Positions 9,697-18,425 of a stretch of DNA of 48,502 nt are shown here, one piece after another. Each line of letters opens with the position of its first letter. The first letter of the stretch is position 1. Under the pieces are notes generated by a model. That model made no database searches and had not been told where the DNA came from. It worked only from the letters and a program-made list of their open reading frames with translations. Location: positions 1 to 48,502 of the forward strand of contig JBIIMD010000001.1 in assembly GCA_044232525.1 (NCBI GenBank), given 5' to 3'. The stretch comes from Candidatus Nanopelagicales bacterium (GTDB lineage Bacteria; Actinomycetota; Actinomycetes; S36-B12; UBA5976). A program made the position numbers and the translations under genes.

Positions 9697-9745
9697 TAAC
9701 GTAAACTATAGAGACTTATCCTCTTGAGCAATTTAAGGCGTCCCT

Positions 9746-11905
9746 GTGTTTGAAAGCATTGGCCAGTTTGTGGTCAAACATCGTAAAGGTGTTTTCATTG
9801 GCTATTTGATCTCCATACTTGTCGCTGGTGTTATCGGCTCAGGCATGTTTGGCTCACTAAAGAGTCAGGGTTATGACGATCTAAGTAGCGATTCTGCAGC
9901 AGTCGATCAACTGCTGAAATCAGATTTTGACACTCGTGATGCCTCTGCAATTTTGGTTATAGATACGTTTGCCAGCATCGACGATCCGCAGTCTGTAGCA
10001 GCTGCAAATGAGCTACTTGATCAGGTTGCTAAAGAGGAAAACATTGACTCGATTGTTTCGTATTGGAACACCGGTCAGGAAAGCTTAAAGAGTTTTGACG
10101 GTAACGCAGGCTTGGCTTTGGTGTATTTCGAAGCAGGCCTTGATACTGAACAGGCTGCGGCGACGGCAAAGGTGATTCAGGACACTTATGACAAAGAGGC
10201 TGTTGGTACTCGTGCCTATGTAGGTGGCATCGAAGTACTCTACGAAGCAATTAATGGCCAGATCAAAAGCGATTTACTGATTGCGGAAGCAATTGCAATT
10301 CCACTTAACGTTTTGATGCTGTTGTTTGTTTTCGGAGCCGCAGTTGCAGCCGGGTTACCAATGGTTGTGGCCCTTGGTTCAATTGCTGGAAGCTTCTTTG
10401 CACTTTACGTAATCACGCAATTTACGGACGTTTCAGTATTTGCCTTGAACTTAATCACTGGTCTCGGGCTCGGTTTAGGCATTGATTACGCATTGCTAAT
10501 TGTGAATCGATTCCGAGAAGAGTTAGCCAAGACCAATGACGTGAATGCCTCAGTTATTAAGACGGTAACCACCGCTGGACGCACCGTATTTTTCTCGGGC
10601 CTAACCGTTGCTCTTGTTCTTGCCTCAATGATCTTGTTCCCGCAGTATTTCTTGAAGTCATTTGCCTATGCTGGCGTTAGCGTTGTTTTGTTCGCAGTTC
10701 TTGCCTCGCTTATTGCACTACCTGCAGCCCTTGCTCTATTGGGACACCGAGTGGATAAATGGAAGCTTCGCCGCGGCGATCTATCTCCAAAAGAATCTGG
10801 CGCTTGGTCAACGCTTGCAACTGCAGTAATGAAACAACCTCTTCTGGTGATCGTTGGCACCGTGACTTTGCTGCTTACATTGGCATCCCCAGCTTTGGAT
10901 GCAAAATTCAGTCAGGTAGATGACCGAGTGTTGCCAGCAAGTAATCCCGCAGCCATTGCTTCAGATCAAATCCGTGAGCGATTTGAAAGTCAGATTCCAG
11001 TTGAAGTTCTGGTTCCAATCTCGGTTTCTATTGAAGAGGTAAACGAATACGCCAAGGAATTGGTAGCGGATCCAAATGTCATTAGTGCCCTTACTAGCGA
11101 TTCATTTATCGAAGGTGATGTTGTTGCTCCCATACCTCCTGAGCAGGCCGTTGCTTCATCACAAGCCCACCATCGCATTACGCTTTACACCGATGTTGAA
11201 TCCCGAAATATCGATGCTCAGGATCTAATCCTTCGGTTACGCGCAATTGAGCCCCCTGTCGAGAACACATTGGTCGGTGGACAAGCTGCAATCTTTACAG
11301 ATTCCCAGGCTGGTATCTCAGATAACTTGCCAACTGTTTTGGGTTGGCTAACTATTGCAACTCTAATTATTTTGTTCCTCTTCACTGGAAGTGCGGTTCT
11401 TCCAATCAAGGCTGTGATTTTGAATTTGCTCAGCCTTGCCGCAACTCTTGGTGTTTTAGTTTGGGTGTTCCAAGACGGAAATGCGATGTGGCTAGTTGGC
11501 GACTTCACTGTCACAGGATCGCTTGATACCTCGACTTTGGTTTTGGTTGCCATCGTGGCATTTGGACTCTCTATGGATTACGAGTTATTCCTACTGTCTC
11601 GAATCAAGGAAGAACACGACAACGGTGCAGACACAACAACATCAGTAAGATCGGGACTTCAAAAATCTGGCCGAATCATTACTGCTGCTGCGGTTTTGAT
11701 TGCGATTGTGTTTGCGTGCTTTATGACAAGCGGGGTAACAAGTATCAAGATGCTCGGTCTAGGTGTTTCCTTCGCAATCTTGCTTGATGCCACAGTTGTA
11801 AGAGGCTTGCTAGTTCCCGCCCTGATGCGCGTCGCTGGTGACTGGAACTGGTGGGCGCCTAAGCCACTACGAAAGCTGCATGCTCGATTCGGAATTACTG
11901 AATAA
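9746..11905 (+). CDS. MMPL-family (RND superfamily) membrane transporter
   Basis: 719 aa with two blocks of roughly 6 TM segments each, separated by soluble loops. It contains typical MMPL motifs (GLGLGIDYALLIVNRFREEL and GLSMDYELFLLSRIKEE). The start is GTG with AAGG upstream. Confidence 0.85.
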   Translation: MFESIGQFVVKHRKGVFIGYLISILVAGVIGSGMFGSLKSQGYDDLSSDSAAVDQLLKSDFDTRDASAILVIDTFASIDDPQSVAAANELLDQVAKEENIDSIVSYWNTGQESLKSFDGNAGLALVYFEAGLDTEQAAATAKVIQDTYDKEAVGTRAYVGGIEVLYEAINGQIKSDLLIAEAIAIPLNVLMLLFVFGAAVAAGLPMVVALGSIAGSFFALYVITQFTDVSVFALNLITGLGLGLGIDYALLIVNRFREELAKTNDVNASVIKTVTTAGRTVFFSGLTVALVLASMILFPQYFLKSFAYAGVSVVLFAVLASLIALPAALALLGHRVDKWKLRRGDLSPKESGAWSTLATAVMKQPLLVIVGTVTLLLTLASPALDAKFSQVDDRVLPASNPAAIASDQIRERFESQIPVEVLVPISVSIEEVNEYAKELVADPNVISALTSDSFIEGDVVAPIPPEQAVASSQAHHRITLYTDVESRNIDAQDLILRLRAIEPPVENTLVGGQAAIFTDSQAGISDNLPTVLGWLTIATLIILFLFTGSAVLPIKAVILNLLSLAATLGVLVWVFQDGNAMWLVGDFTVTGSLDTSTLVLVAIVAFGLSMDYELFLLSRIKEEHDNGADTTTSVRSGLQKSGRIITAAAVLIAIVFACFMTSGVTSIKMLGLGVSFAILLDATVVRGLLVPALMRVAGDWNWWAPKPLRKLHARFGITE

Positions 11906-11922
11906 GAATTTGGAATTAGCAC

Positions 11923-12222
11923 ATGGCAATTCTTATTGATCAAGCACAGTGGCCATGGCGTGATTGGTTATGGTGTCACATGGTTAGCGACGCTTCCGTT
12001 GCTGAACTTAAAGAATTTGCAGCCGAACTTGGACTTCCAGAGCGAGGATTTCAAGGCGATCATTTTGACGTGCCTGAACATATGCGTGAAATTGCAATCG
12101 TTGCTGGTGCGATCGAAGTTAATACCCGAGAAATCCTAAAAGCACTTTATGCCGCTGGACTTCGCCAACCACCTAAGCAAAGACGTGGTCGGCCAAAGCA
12201 AGTTCCAATTCATCAGCCCTAA
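11923..12222 (+). CDS. DUF4031-domain protein
   Basis: The N-terminus MAILIDQAQWPWRDWLWCHMVSDASVAELKEFAAELGLPERGFQGDHFDVP matches the characteristic DUF4031 pattern. Confidence 0.75.
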   Translation: MAILIDQAQWPWRDWLWCHMVSDASVAELKEFAAELGLPERGFQGDHFDVPEHMREIAIVAGAIEVNTREILKALYAAGLRQPPKQRRGRPKQVPIHQP

Positions 12223-12269
12223 CCTCGTAGCAAACGCAACTGCTCTGGCCTTTCTGGCACAATGAGCAC

Positions 12270-13202
12270 ATGACTACAAACCAAATCAACAACACTCATG
12301 TCAACCTTGCCAAGTTTGCTTGGATGTCGATAGTTGTCAGCGTTGTGGTATTTGGAATGAAAATGGCGGCATGGTGGGCAACTGGATCCGTTGGCCTACT
12401 CTCAGATGCACTTGAATCAACCGTGAATATCGTTGCAGCGGTAGTCGCCTTGTTTGCACTTCGAACTGCCATGAAGCCAGCTGATGAGCTACATCACTTT
12501 GGCCGCGGTAAAGCCGAATACTTCTCGGCTTCAATCGAAGGCTTCATGATTCTGATTGCAGCCCTCATCATTGTCTACACGGCAGTTGAGCGAATCATTA
12601 CGCCTCGCGAACTCGAACAGGTTGGCTGGGGTTTAACAATCTCAACAGTGGCAGCCGTTATCAATGGTGGTACCGCCCTTATTTTGTTGCGTGCCGGCAA
12701 ACTTCACCGATCGCCAGTTCTAGTTGCTGATGGAAAGCATTTGATGACAGATGTCTGGACATCTGCAGGTGTAATTGTTGGGGTTGGGTTAGTAGCTATT
12801 ACAGGATGGAATCGTCTTGATGGCATTGTTGCTTTGGCTGTTGGTCTGAACATTATTGTTACTGGCATCAATCTACTCCGTAGCAGCACTGCTGGCTTGA
12901 TGGATAAAGCACTTTCTGATGAAGATCACTTAAAGATTGTCAAGGTTTTAACTAAGTACGAAAGTGATGAAGTAAAGTTTCACGAACTGCAAACTCGGGA
13001 AGCTGGACGTCAACGCTTTGTTTCCATGCATGTGTTAGTTCCTGGTGCTTGGACAATTCAAAAAGGTCACGATCTGTCTGAAAATTTGGAAGCAGACATA
13101 ATTGCTGAACTACCGGGCACAATTGTTACAACTCACGTAGAACCACTAGAAGATGAGCGCTCTTGGGCTGATCAAACCGAAGGCCAATATCGCTGGCGTT
13201 AG
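12270..13202 (+). CDS. Cation diffusion facilitator (CDF) family metal efflux transporter
   Basis: 310 aa with 6 predicted TM segments, the CDF-like motif LLSDALESTVN in TM2 and DVWTSAGVIVG in TM5, and a C-terminal cytoplasmic domain. Confidence 0.85.
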   Translation: MTTNQINNTHVNLAKFAWMSIVVSVVVFGMKMAAWWATGSVGLLSDALESTVNIVAAVVALFALRTAMKPADELHHFGRGKAEYFSASIEGFMILIAALIIVYTAVERIITPRELEQVGWGLTISTVAAVINGGTALILLRAGKLHRSPVLVADGKHLMTDVWTSAGVIVGVGLVAITGWNRLDGIVALAVGLNIIVTGINLLRSSTAGLMDKALSDEDHLKIVKVLTKYESDEVKFHELQTREAGRQRFVSMHVLVPGAWTIQKGHDLSENLEADIIAELPGTIVTTHVEPLEDERSWADQTEGQYRWR

Positions 13203-13519
13203 CTTTCTGAGACTTCCTTAGCGACCTGACGCTCAGTAAAGAAAGACATCAGAGGGATTGTGCCCGCCAACATAATCAGAATCGTTTTAGTAAATGACCA
13301 CTTCAACTTTGTAGACAACATGAAAGTTGCTACTACATAAACCGGAAAAAGATATCCATGAGCAGTCCAAGCTGCTGCATAAAATGGTGGCTCTGGGTTT
13401 TCCAACACTCGAACTGAAATTAGGAACGCTGTCAGAATCAATAGAACTGACCCAACAACTACCGCCATAATTCGGTAAAACAGCCATTGCTTTTCAAAGT
13501 CGTCACGATTCATTGTCAT
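13199..13519 (-). CDS. DUF3817-domain integral membrane protein
   Basis: 106 aa with 3 TM segments. Pattern FYRIMAVVVGSVLLIL...HGYLFPVYVV...LAGTIPLMSFFTER. It lies downstream of SURF1, as in other actinobacteria. Confidence 0.7.
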   Translation of the reverse strand: MTMNRDDFEKQWLFYRIMAVVVGSVLLILTAFLISVRVLENPEPPFYAAAWTAHGYLFPVYVVATFMLSTKLKWSFTKTILIMLAGTIPLMSFFTERQVAKEVSES

Positions 13520-14279
13520 GTCCTAAGTCTGCATTACTTTTTGCTATTTCTGCGAATTCCAACTCATCTCGCGCCACTCGCACCCACATCATCGCCACAA
13601 TTCCAGCAAAGAACAGCCAGTTAAATGTGTATGCGACATTCTGCCAATTCAGGCCTTTAACCACTGGCTCAGAAAAAATTGGGCTAACTGGGGTAAGTGA
13701 GTCAGTCGGTGAGGTCGCAACTAGATAGCCATCGTGCGCAATGGTTCTGGAATTCTCCACAATCAAATATGTTGTTAATGGCTCAATGTCATTAACTAAC
13801 TTGAGGCCAGGAACGTCCTCACTTGGTTGCATAACTCCAGTTACAGTTTCCGTGCCACTAGCTAAGGAGATTTGATCTGGGGTTTCGGTAAACCCTCGAA
13901 CGACACCCACACTAGATTCATCGGCAAGTTCCATAATGTCCACTACCCAGAACCCAACTGGTGTCGTCCATTCAATCTGCATTTCAGTTTCAGGATCTGG
14001 ATCAACCATCGCCTTGCCATCAATAACTCGATTTGGCATCAAGATACGTTCATCAGGTTGCCAGGTTCCAGTTACTGAAGTTGGAACCGCAACTGAGGAA
14101 GCTGGCAAATAATCTCGCAGTGGACTTAATTCTTCAAACGAAAGTACCGTGGCGCTTGCTGGTGGCACATAAGCCTGAGCCCGATCCCATTGCCAATAAG
14201 CCAAACCAAGGCAGGCAACGAATGAAAAGGCACCGAGGGCGTGGATCGCAATTAAGCGAATTGAAAAGTGGCGTTTCAT
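13503..14279 (-). CDS. SURF1-family (cytochrome oxidase biogenesis) protein
   Basis: 258 aa. An N-terminal TM segment is followed by LAYWQWDRA (the SURF1 WQxxR motif), then a long periplasmic segment and a C-terminal TM segment. Confidence 0.7.
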   Translation of the reverse strand: MKRHFSIRLIAIHALGAFSFVACLGLAYWQWDRAQAYVPPASATVLSFEELSPLRDYLPASSVAVPTSVTGTWQPDERILMPNRVIDGKAMVDPDPETEMQIEWTTPVGFWVVDIMELADESSVGVVRGFTETPDQISLASGTETVTGVMQPSEDVPGLKLVNDIEPLTTYLIVENSRTIAHDGYLVATSPTDSLTPVSPIFSEPVVKGLNWQNVAYTFNWLFFAGIVAMMWVRVARDELEFAEIAKSNADLGHDNES

Positions 14280-14288
14280 GACTTTTTA

Positions 14289-14489
14289 TTATTCGTCAGT
14301 GTCCTGCTCGAAGTTAACTTTCTTTATATGACGATTGAAACTGAACATCAAAAGAACAACAGCAATCGTTAAAACTAAAAGAACAATCCCACCTATTGGG
14401 CCAGGGTTTACAGTTGCTGGATCAAGTATTGTCGATGATGGAAACGGCTCTGGCGAAGTTCCCGCAATTGAAGTGATAAATCTAAACAT
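14289..14489 (-). CDS. Small single-pass membrane protein (hypothetical), translationally coupled to mca
   Basis: 66 aa with one TM segment (IGGIVLLVLTIAVVLLMF) and an acidic tail. Its ATG directly follows the mca TAG (GCG TAG ATG), with GGGGAG 5 nt upstream. Confidence 0.5.
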   Translation of the reverse strand: MFRFITSIAGTSPEPFPSSTILDPATVNPGPIGGIVLLVLTIAVVLLMFSFNRHIKKVNFEQDTDE

Positions 14490-15380
14490 CTACGCTCCCC
14501 TAAGTCCTTCAAACAAGTCTGTCTCTTCCACAATTTCACCAATTCGTGAAATAGCAAGTTCATAATCTTCAGTCGGCCAAATTTGGGAAAGTTTTTCGTT
14601 TGGAATTGCGAACCAGCTGCCGTTTGGATCAATTTGAGTTTCATGTGCCTTTAGTGCTGCTTCTCGAATTGGGAACCAGTTAGCGCAATCAATGCGCGCC
14701 GTGACACGATCTGTCACTAAATCCTCTTCTTCCCATTCATCCAGCCATTCTTGATATGGGGAATCTATCCCTAAGTCTTGGCATGCATCATGCATAGCTT
14801 CCACGCGCGACTTTGAAAATCCGTGATGATAGTAAAGCTTTGCAGCAGCCCAAGGTTCCTGGTCTGTTTTGTATTCTGAGTTGGCTGCTTGCTCCCAAGC
14901 AAACATTGACACTTCATGGGTTCTGATGTGATCTGGATGCGGGTAGCCACCATTTTCGTCATACGTAGTAATTACGTGCGGCTTAAATTCTCTAACGATT
15001 TCTACTAGGGGTGCGCTGACGACTTCAAGCGGCAAGTCAGCAAAGCAACCTTTTGGAAGTGGTGGCTTTGGATCACCATCTGGCCATCCGGAGTCTTCAA
15101 ATCCGAGCCAGCGATGCGAGACACCTAGAATTTCCGCAGCGCGTTTCATTTCAGCTTTGCGAACTTCGGAGATAGATCTATCTCCAAGTTCGAATCCTGG
15201 ATTTAAAATGTCGCCACGTTCGCCACCGGTGCAACTTACAACCATGATCTGCACACCTTCGCTGATGTACTTTGCCGTGGATGCAGCACCTTTGCTGGAT
15301 TCATCATCTGGATGGGCATGAACGGCAAGCAATCTAAGTGGTTCACCTAAGGAAGGCAACGCCCATTTGATTTCCGCCAT
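14490..15380 (-). CDS. mca: Mycothiol S-conjugate amidase (LmbE/PIG-L family)
   Basis: The sequence resembles M. tuberculosis Mca as I recall it throughout (LRLLAVHAHPDDESSKGAA, TGGERGDILNP, TTYDENGGYPHPDHIRTH, WPTEDYELA). The track ORF (to 15575) is over-extended. I prefer the ATG at 15380 with GGAGAATAGAGGT upstream, giving MAEIKW. Confidence 0.88.
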   Translation of the reverse strand: MAEIKWALPSLGEPLRLLAVHAHPDDESSKGAASTAKYISEGVQIMVVSCTGGERGDILNPGFELGDRSISEVRKAEMKRAAEILGVSHRWLGFEDSGWPDGDPKPPLPKGCFADLPLEVVSAPLVEIVREFKPHVITTYDENGGYPHPDHIRTHEVSMFAWEQAANSEYKTDQEPWAAAKLYYHHGFSKSRVEAMHDACQDLGIDSPYQEWLDEWEEEDLVTDRVTARIDCANWFPIREAALKAHETQIDPNGSWFAIPNEKLSQIWPTEDYELAISRIGEIVEETDLFEGLRGA

Positions 15381-15427
15381 ACCTCTATTCTCCACTATCT
15401 CGTTCAAGGACGTATTCTGGAGGGAGT

Positions 15428-15907
15428 ATGCCAAACAATTCAAACCTGCCAGAGCACATCCAACTTCGATATGGTGTGAAGCGCCGGCGCGTTGTTCCAG
15501 TATTGATTGGAGTCTTAATTGCTGGTGTCGTTTCAGGCAGCCTCGCCTACGGTGCGTTTCGTCAGCAGAATCCAAGCGTCAGTGAGCAGCTCCTTACATT
15601 CGAAGTAGTTTCGCCAACTCAGGTCAATGTGACCTGGGAATTGGCTCGTGGTCCCGAGCTTGCAACTTACTGTGTGCTTCGAGCTCAAGACATTTCACGC
15701 ACTGACGTGGGATACGCAACGGTAATGATTGCTGGTGGCAGTGAGTATGAACAAATCACCTACCCATTGACCACCAATGGCCAGGCCGTACTAGCTGAAG
15801 TTCTGGGCTGTTCAAACTCGGAAAACATGCGGGTTCCCCCCGCAAATTTCCCACCAGGAGTGAAGATTCCAGAGCAGGTAGCGCCTGGAGTCGCACCAAC
15901 TAGCTAA
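15428..15907 (+). CDS. DUF4307-domain membrane-anchored protein (Rv1081c-like)
   Basis: 159 aa with a strong SD (GGAGGGAG) and an N-terminal TM anchor followed by a beta-rich domain. Its position between mca and greA matches M. tuberculosis Rv1081c. Confidence 0.65.
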   Translation: MPNNSNLPEHIQLRYGVKRRRVVPVLIGVLIAGVVSGSLAYGAFRQQNPSVSEQLLTFEVVSPTQVNVTWELARGPELATYCVLRAQDISRTDVGYATVMIAGGSEYEQITYPLTTNGQAVLAEVLGCSNSENMRVPPANFPPGVKIPEQVAPGVAPTS

Positions 15908-15927
15908 ATACGCGTAATCTCTATCGA

Positions 15928-16410
15928 ATGAACGAAGTTTGGTTAACGCAAGAGGCATACGATCGGCTCAAAGCTGAGCTAGAGCATCGCAGTGGTGAAT
16001 TTCGCGAAGAGATTAAGGCACGCATCACTGCTGCTCGCGAAGAGGGCGACTTAAAGGAAAATGGTGGCTATCACGCAGCTCGCGAAGAACAAGGCAAGAA
16101 TGAAGGTCGAGTTCGCCAGCTAACAAAGATGCTAGAAGCTGCCCAGATTGGTACACCTGAAATTGAAGAGGGCATTGTCTCCCAAGGCATGGTTGTAACC
16201 GTTAACTTCCCAGACTTAGATGACACTGAAACATTCCTGCTTGGCTCCCGCGAAGAAGCTGCGCATACTTCAATTGATGTTTACTCACCAACTAGTCCGA
16301 TGGGCGCAGCAGTGCTCAACCAAGAAGTTGGCGCTGAGATTTCCTACGAAACACCTTCTGGAAAAACACTCCGCATTGTTATCGTTGCTGCGGAACTCTA
16401 CGTTCCTTAG
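15928..16410 (+). CDS. greA: Transcription elongation factor GreA
   Basis: WLTQEAYDRLKAELEHRSG...REEGDLKENGGYHAAREEQGKNEGRVRQL is the canonical GreA N-terminal coiled-coil. The C-terminal domain is also present. Confidence 0.95.
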   Translation: MNEVWLTQEAYDRLKAELEHRSGEFREEIKARITAAREEGDLKENGGYHAAREEQGKNEGRVRQLTKMLEAAQIGTPEIEEGIVSQGMVVTVNFPDLDDTETFLLGSREEAAHTSIDVYSPTSPMGAAVLNQEVGAEISYETPSGKTLRIVIVAAELYVP

Positions 16411-16412
16411 TT

Positions 16413-17267
16413 CTACTTGTTTCGAGTTTTAAAAGCTCGAACGGCTAGTGGCGCAAAAATTGCCAACAGCAAGAACGAATACGCAAATGAGAGCTGCACT
16501 GGATAGCGCTCAGGGAATGAATCTCCAAGCAAAGGTGTTGGATTTCCAAACAACTGACGAGCTGCCAGCGCAAGTGATGAAACCGGATTCCACAGCACGA
16601 ACGGCTGTAACCAACCTGGCATTGTGGCAACTGGTGTGAAGATGTTGGATGCAAAAGTGAATGGGAAAATCCAAGCTAACCCTGCAGTGCCAGCAACTTC
16701 TGAGTTCGGCATGTGCAAACCGATCCAAGCACCAACCCAAGTAATTGCATAGGCAAATGTGGCAAACATCAAGTAAGCCAAAGCGGCATCAGAAAAACCA
16801 TTGTGAATTCTCCAACCAACAGCTAGGCCAGTGATTGACAGAATCGTAATGACCAAAATGTTCTGCAACAAAGATGCCAAAGTATGTCCAGTAAGAACCG
16901 CACCTGGACGCATTGGCAAGGAACGGAATCGATCCATAATTCCCTTGCTGGCATCTTCGGTAATGCCAACCGTGATTCCAGCGACCGCAAACATAACCGT
17001 TTGCGCCAAGATTCCCGGGATTAAGTATTCGCGGTAAGCCTGAGCACCACCGGGGCCAACATCAATTGCGCCACCAAAAACGAAAGCAAAAAGTAAAACG
17101 AACATAACCGGCTGAATCAAAGCAAAGAAAAGTGATTCTGGGACGCGGGTGATCTTGAGCAAGTGTCTACGAGACACCGAAATGCTGTCAGTAATCAACC
17201 AACCAAAGCGGGGTCGAGGTGCTGTTGCTTCCTTAACTGAATCTGTAGTCAAAGTACTCATGGTCAT
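16413..17267 (-). CDS. ABC-2 type transporter permease (DrrB-like)
   Basis: 284 aa with 6 TM segments and an ABC-2 layout. Its start overlaps the ATPase gene stop by 4 nt. Confidence 0.85.
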   Translation of the reverse strand: MTMSTLTTDSVKEATAPRPRFGWLITDSISVSRRHLLKITRVPESLFFALIQPVMFVLLFAFVFGGAIDVGPGGAQAYREYLIPGILAQTVMFAVAGITVGITEDASKGIMDRFRSLPMRPGAVLTGHTLASLLQNILVITILSITGLAVGWRIHNGFSDAALAYLMFATFAYAITWVGAWIGLHMPNSEVAGTAGLAWIFPFTFASNIFTPVATMPGWLQPFVLWNPVSSLALAARQLFGNPTPLLGDSFPERYPVQLSFAYSFLLLAIFAPLAVRAFKTRNK

Positions 17268-18262
17268 CTTCTACCCCTTCGTCCCCGGCGTCCCTTAGCA
17301 GGCCCTGCAACTTCTTCGGTATTTTCTGTTACATGTCCAGTCAGGCTTAGGAACACATCATCAAGTGTTGGTCGACGCAGCGCAATGTCGGCAATCGAAA
17401 TGTTGTTTTCGTCTAGCTTGCGAACAATGTTCACGATCGCGGTTGATCCACCAGCGACCGGCAACAAGATTGTTTTGGTTAGGTCTTCAGTGATTGCTGG
17501 AGCTGATCCAAATTCAGCAATTACTATTGCAGCTTTGGAAACATCTTGGGCAGACTCAACAACGATCTCAATGCGATCGCCACCAACTTGTGATTTCAGT
17601 TCATCAGAAGTTCCCTCGGCGATCACATTGCCATGATCAAGAACTACGATGCGATTTGCTAATTGATCTGCTTCCTCTAAGTACTGAGTTGTCAGCAATA
17701 CTGTCGTACCTTCTGCAATCAAATCTTCAATAACTTCCCACATGCCTTGTCGGCTGCGTGGATCCAGCCCGGTAGTCGGTTCGTCAAGGAACAAAACATT
17801 CGGACGACCGATGAGTGATGCGGCTAAATCTAAGCGACGACGCATACCGCCTGAATATCCCTTAATGCCACGATCAGCTGCATCAGATAAATCAAAGCGA
17901 TCGAGTAGTTCAGCCGCGCGCTTGGCAGCATCAAACTTGCTTAAGTGAAATAGCCGGCCAAAAAGTTCTAGGTTTTCGCGTCCTGTGAGGTACTCATCTA
18001 CCGCTGCGTACTGTCCGGTTAGGCCGATAACACTGCGAACTTCATCTGGCTGAGTTACTACGTCAAAGCCGCCAACGCTAGCTGAACCACTGTCTGCCTG
18101 AAGTAAGGTGGCCAGAATTCTTACCGTAGTTGTTTTGCCGGAGCCATTAGGTCCAAGAAGGCCAAGGACAGTTCCCTGTTCAACTTCAATGTCGATTCCA
18201 TTAAGTGCAATTACATCTCCGTAGGCCTTAGCTAATCCAGATGCCTTTATTGCCAGTGTCAT
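17264..18262 (-). CDS. ABC transporter ATP-binding protein (DrrA-like, ABC-2 exporter)
   Basis: Walker A GPNGSGKTT, signature YSGGMRRRL, Walker B VLFLDEPTTGLD, and a C-terminal accessory domain. The tail GRRGRRGRR is unusual. Confidence 0.92.
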   Translation of the reverse strand: MTLAIKASGLAKAYGDVIALNGIDIEVEQGTVLGLLGPNGSGKTTTVRILATLLQADSGSASVGGFDVVTQPDEVRSVIGLTGQYAAVDEYLTGRENLELFGRLFHLSKFDAAKRAAELLDRFDLSDAADRGIKGYSGGMRRRLDLAASLIGRPNVLFLDEPTTGLDPRSRQGMWEVIEDLIAEGTTVLLTTQYLEEADQLANRIVVLDHGNVIAEGTSDELKSQVGGDRIEIVVESAQDVSKAAIVIAEFGSAPAITEDLTKTILLPVAGGSTAIVNIVRKLDENNISIADIALRRPTLDDVFLSLTGHVTENTEEVAGPAKGRRGRRGRR

Positions 18263-18276
18263 GTTCGCCTAAATCC

Positions 18277-18335
18277 TTAAAGGTGTTGCTCAATACCTTT
18301 AACTTACCAGTGGGAGTAATCCACAAATCCCACTG
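18277..18335. promoter_or_regulatory. Two adjacent perfect 8-bp inverted repeats in the divergent ABC exporter / ilvA region
   Basis: IR1 is TTAAAGGT-N10-ACCTTTAA (18277-18302). IR2 is CAGTGGGA-N12-TCCCACTG (18308-18335), followed by TTTTA on the + strand. These are candidate operators or leader hairpins. Confidence 0.3.
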
Positions 18336-18425
18336 TTTTAGGTCTATGGTGCTGTGGTTGTGTGGAAGGTCACTCCAGTTTCAAGGAAATTAGATTGTTG
18401 AGCCCAAGCGTGCCAATATTGACCA

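Noticed and set aside
13199-13202. Overlapping convergent stop codons (CDF / DUF3817 here, and a 12-nt MFS / msrA overlap at 20861-20872)
   Set aside because: This is consistent with general genome compaction throughout the window and not evidence of a specific mechanism.
15381-15575. 65-residue N-terminal extension of the mca track ORF, with similar extensions for tatD (40193-40354), secA (7478-7531), pth (31974-32006) and the SAF gene (3052-3075)
   Set aside because: The extensions have no homology to the known N-termini of these families and overlap divergent or upstream genes. Better SD-supported internal starts exist.
17264-17290. GRRGRRGRR C-terminal tail of the ABC ATPase
   Set aside because: This is a short basic low-complexity tail produced by a CGx/GGx run. 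It is not enough to infer function.
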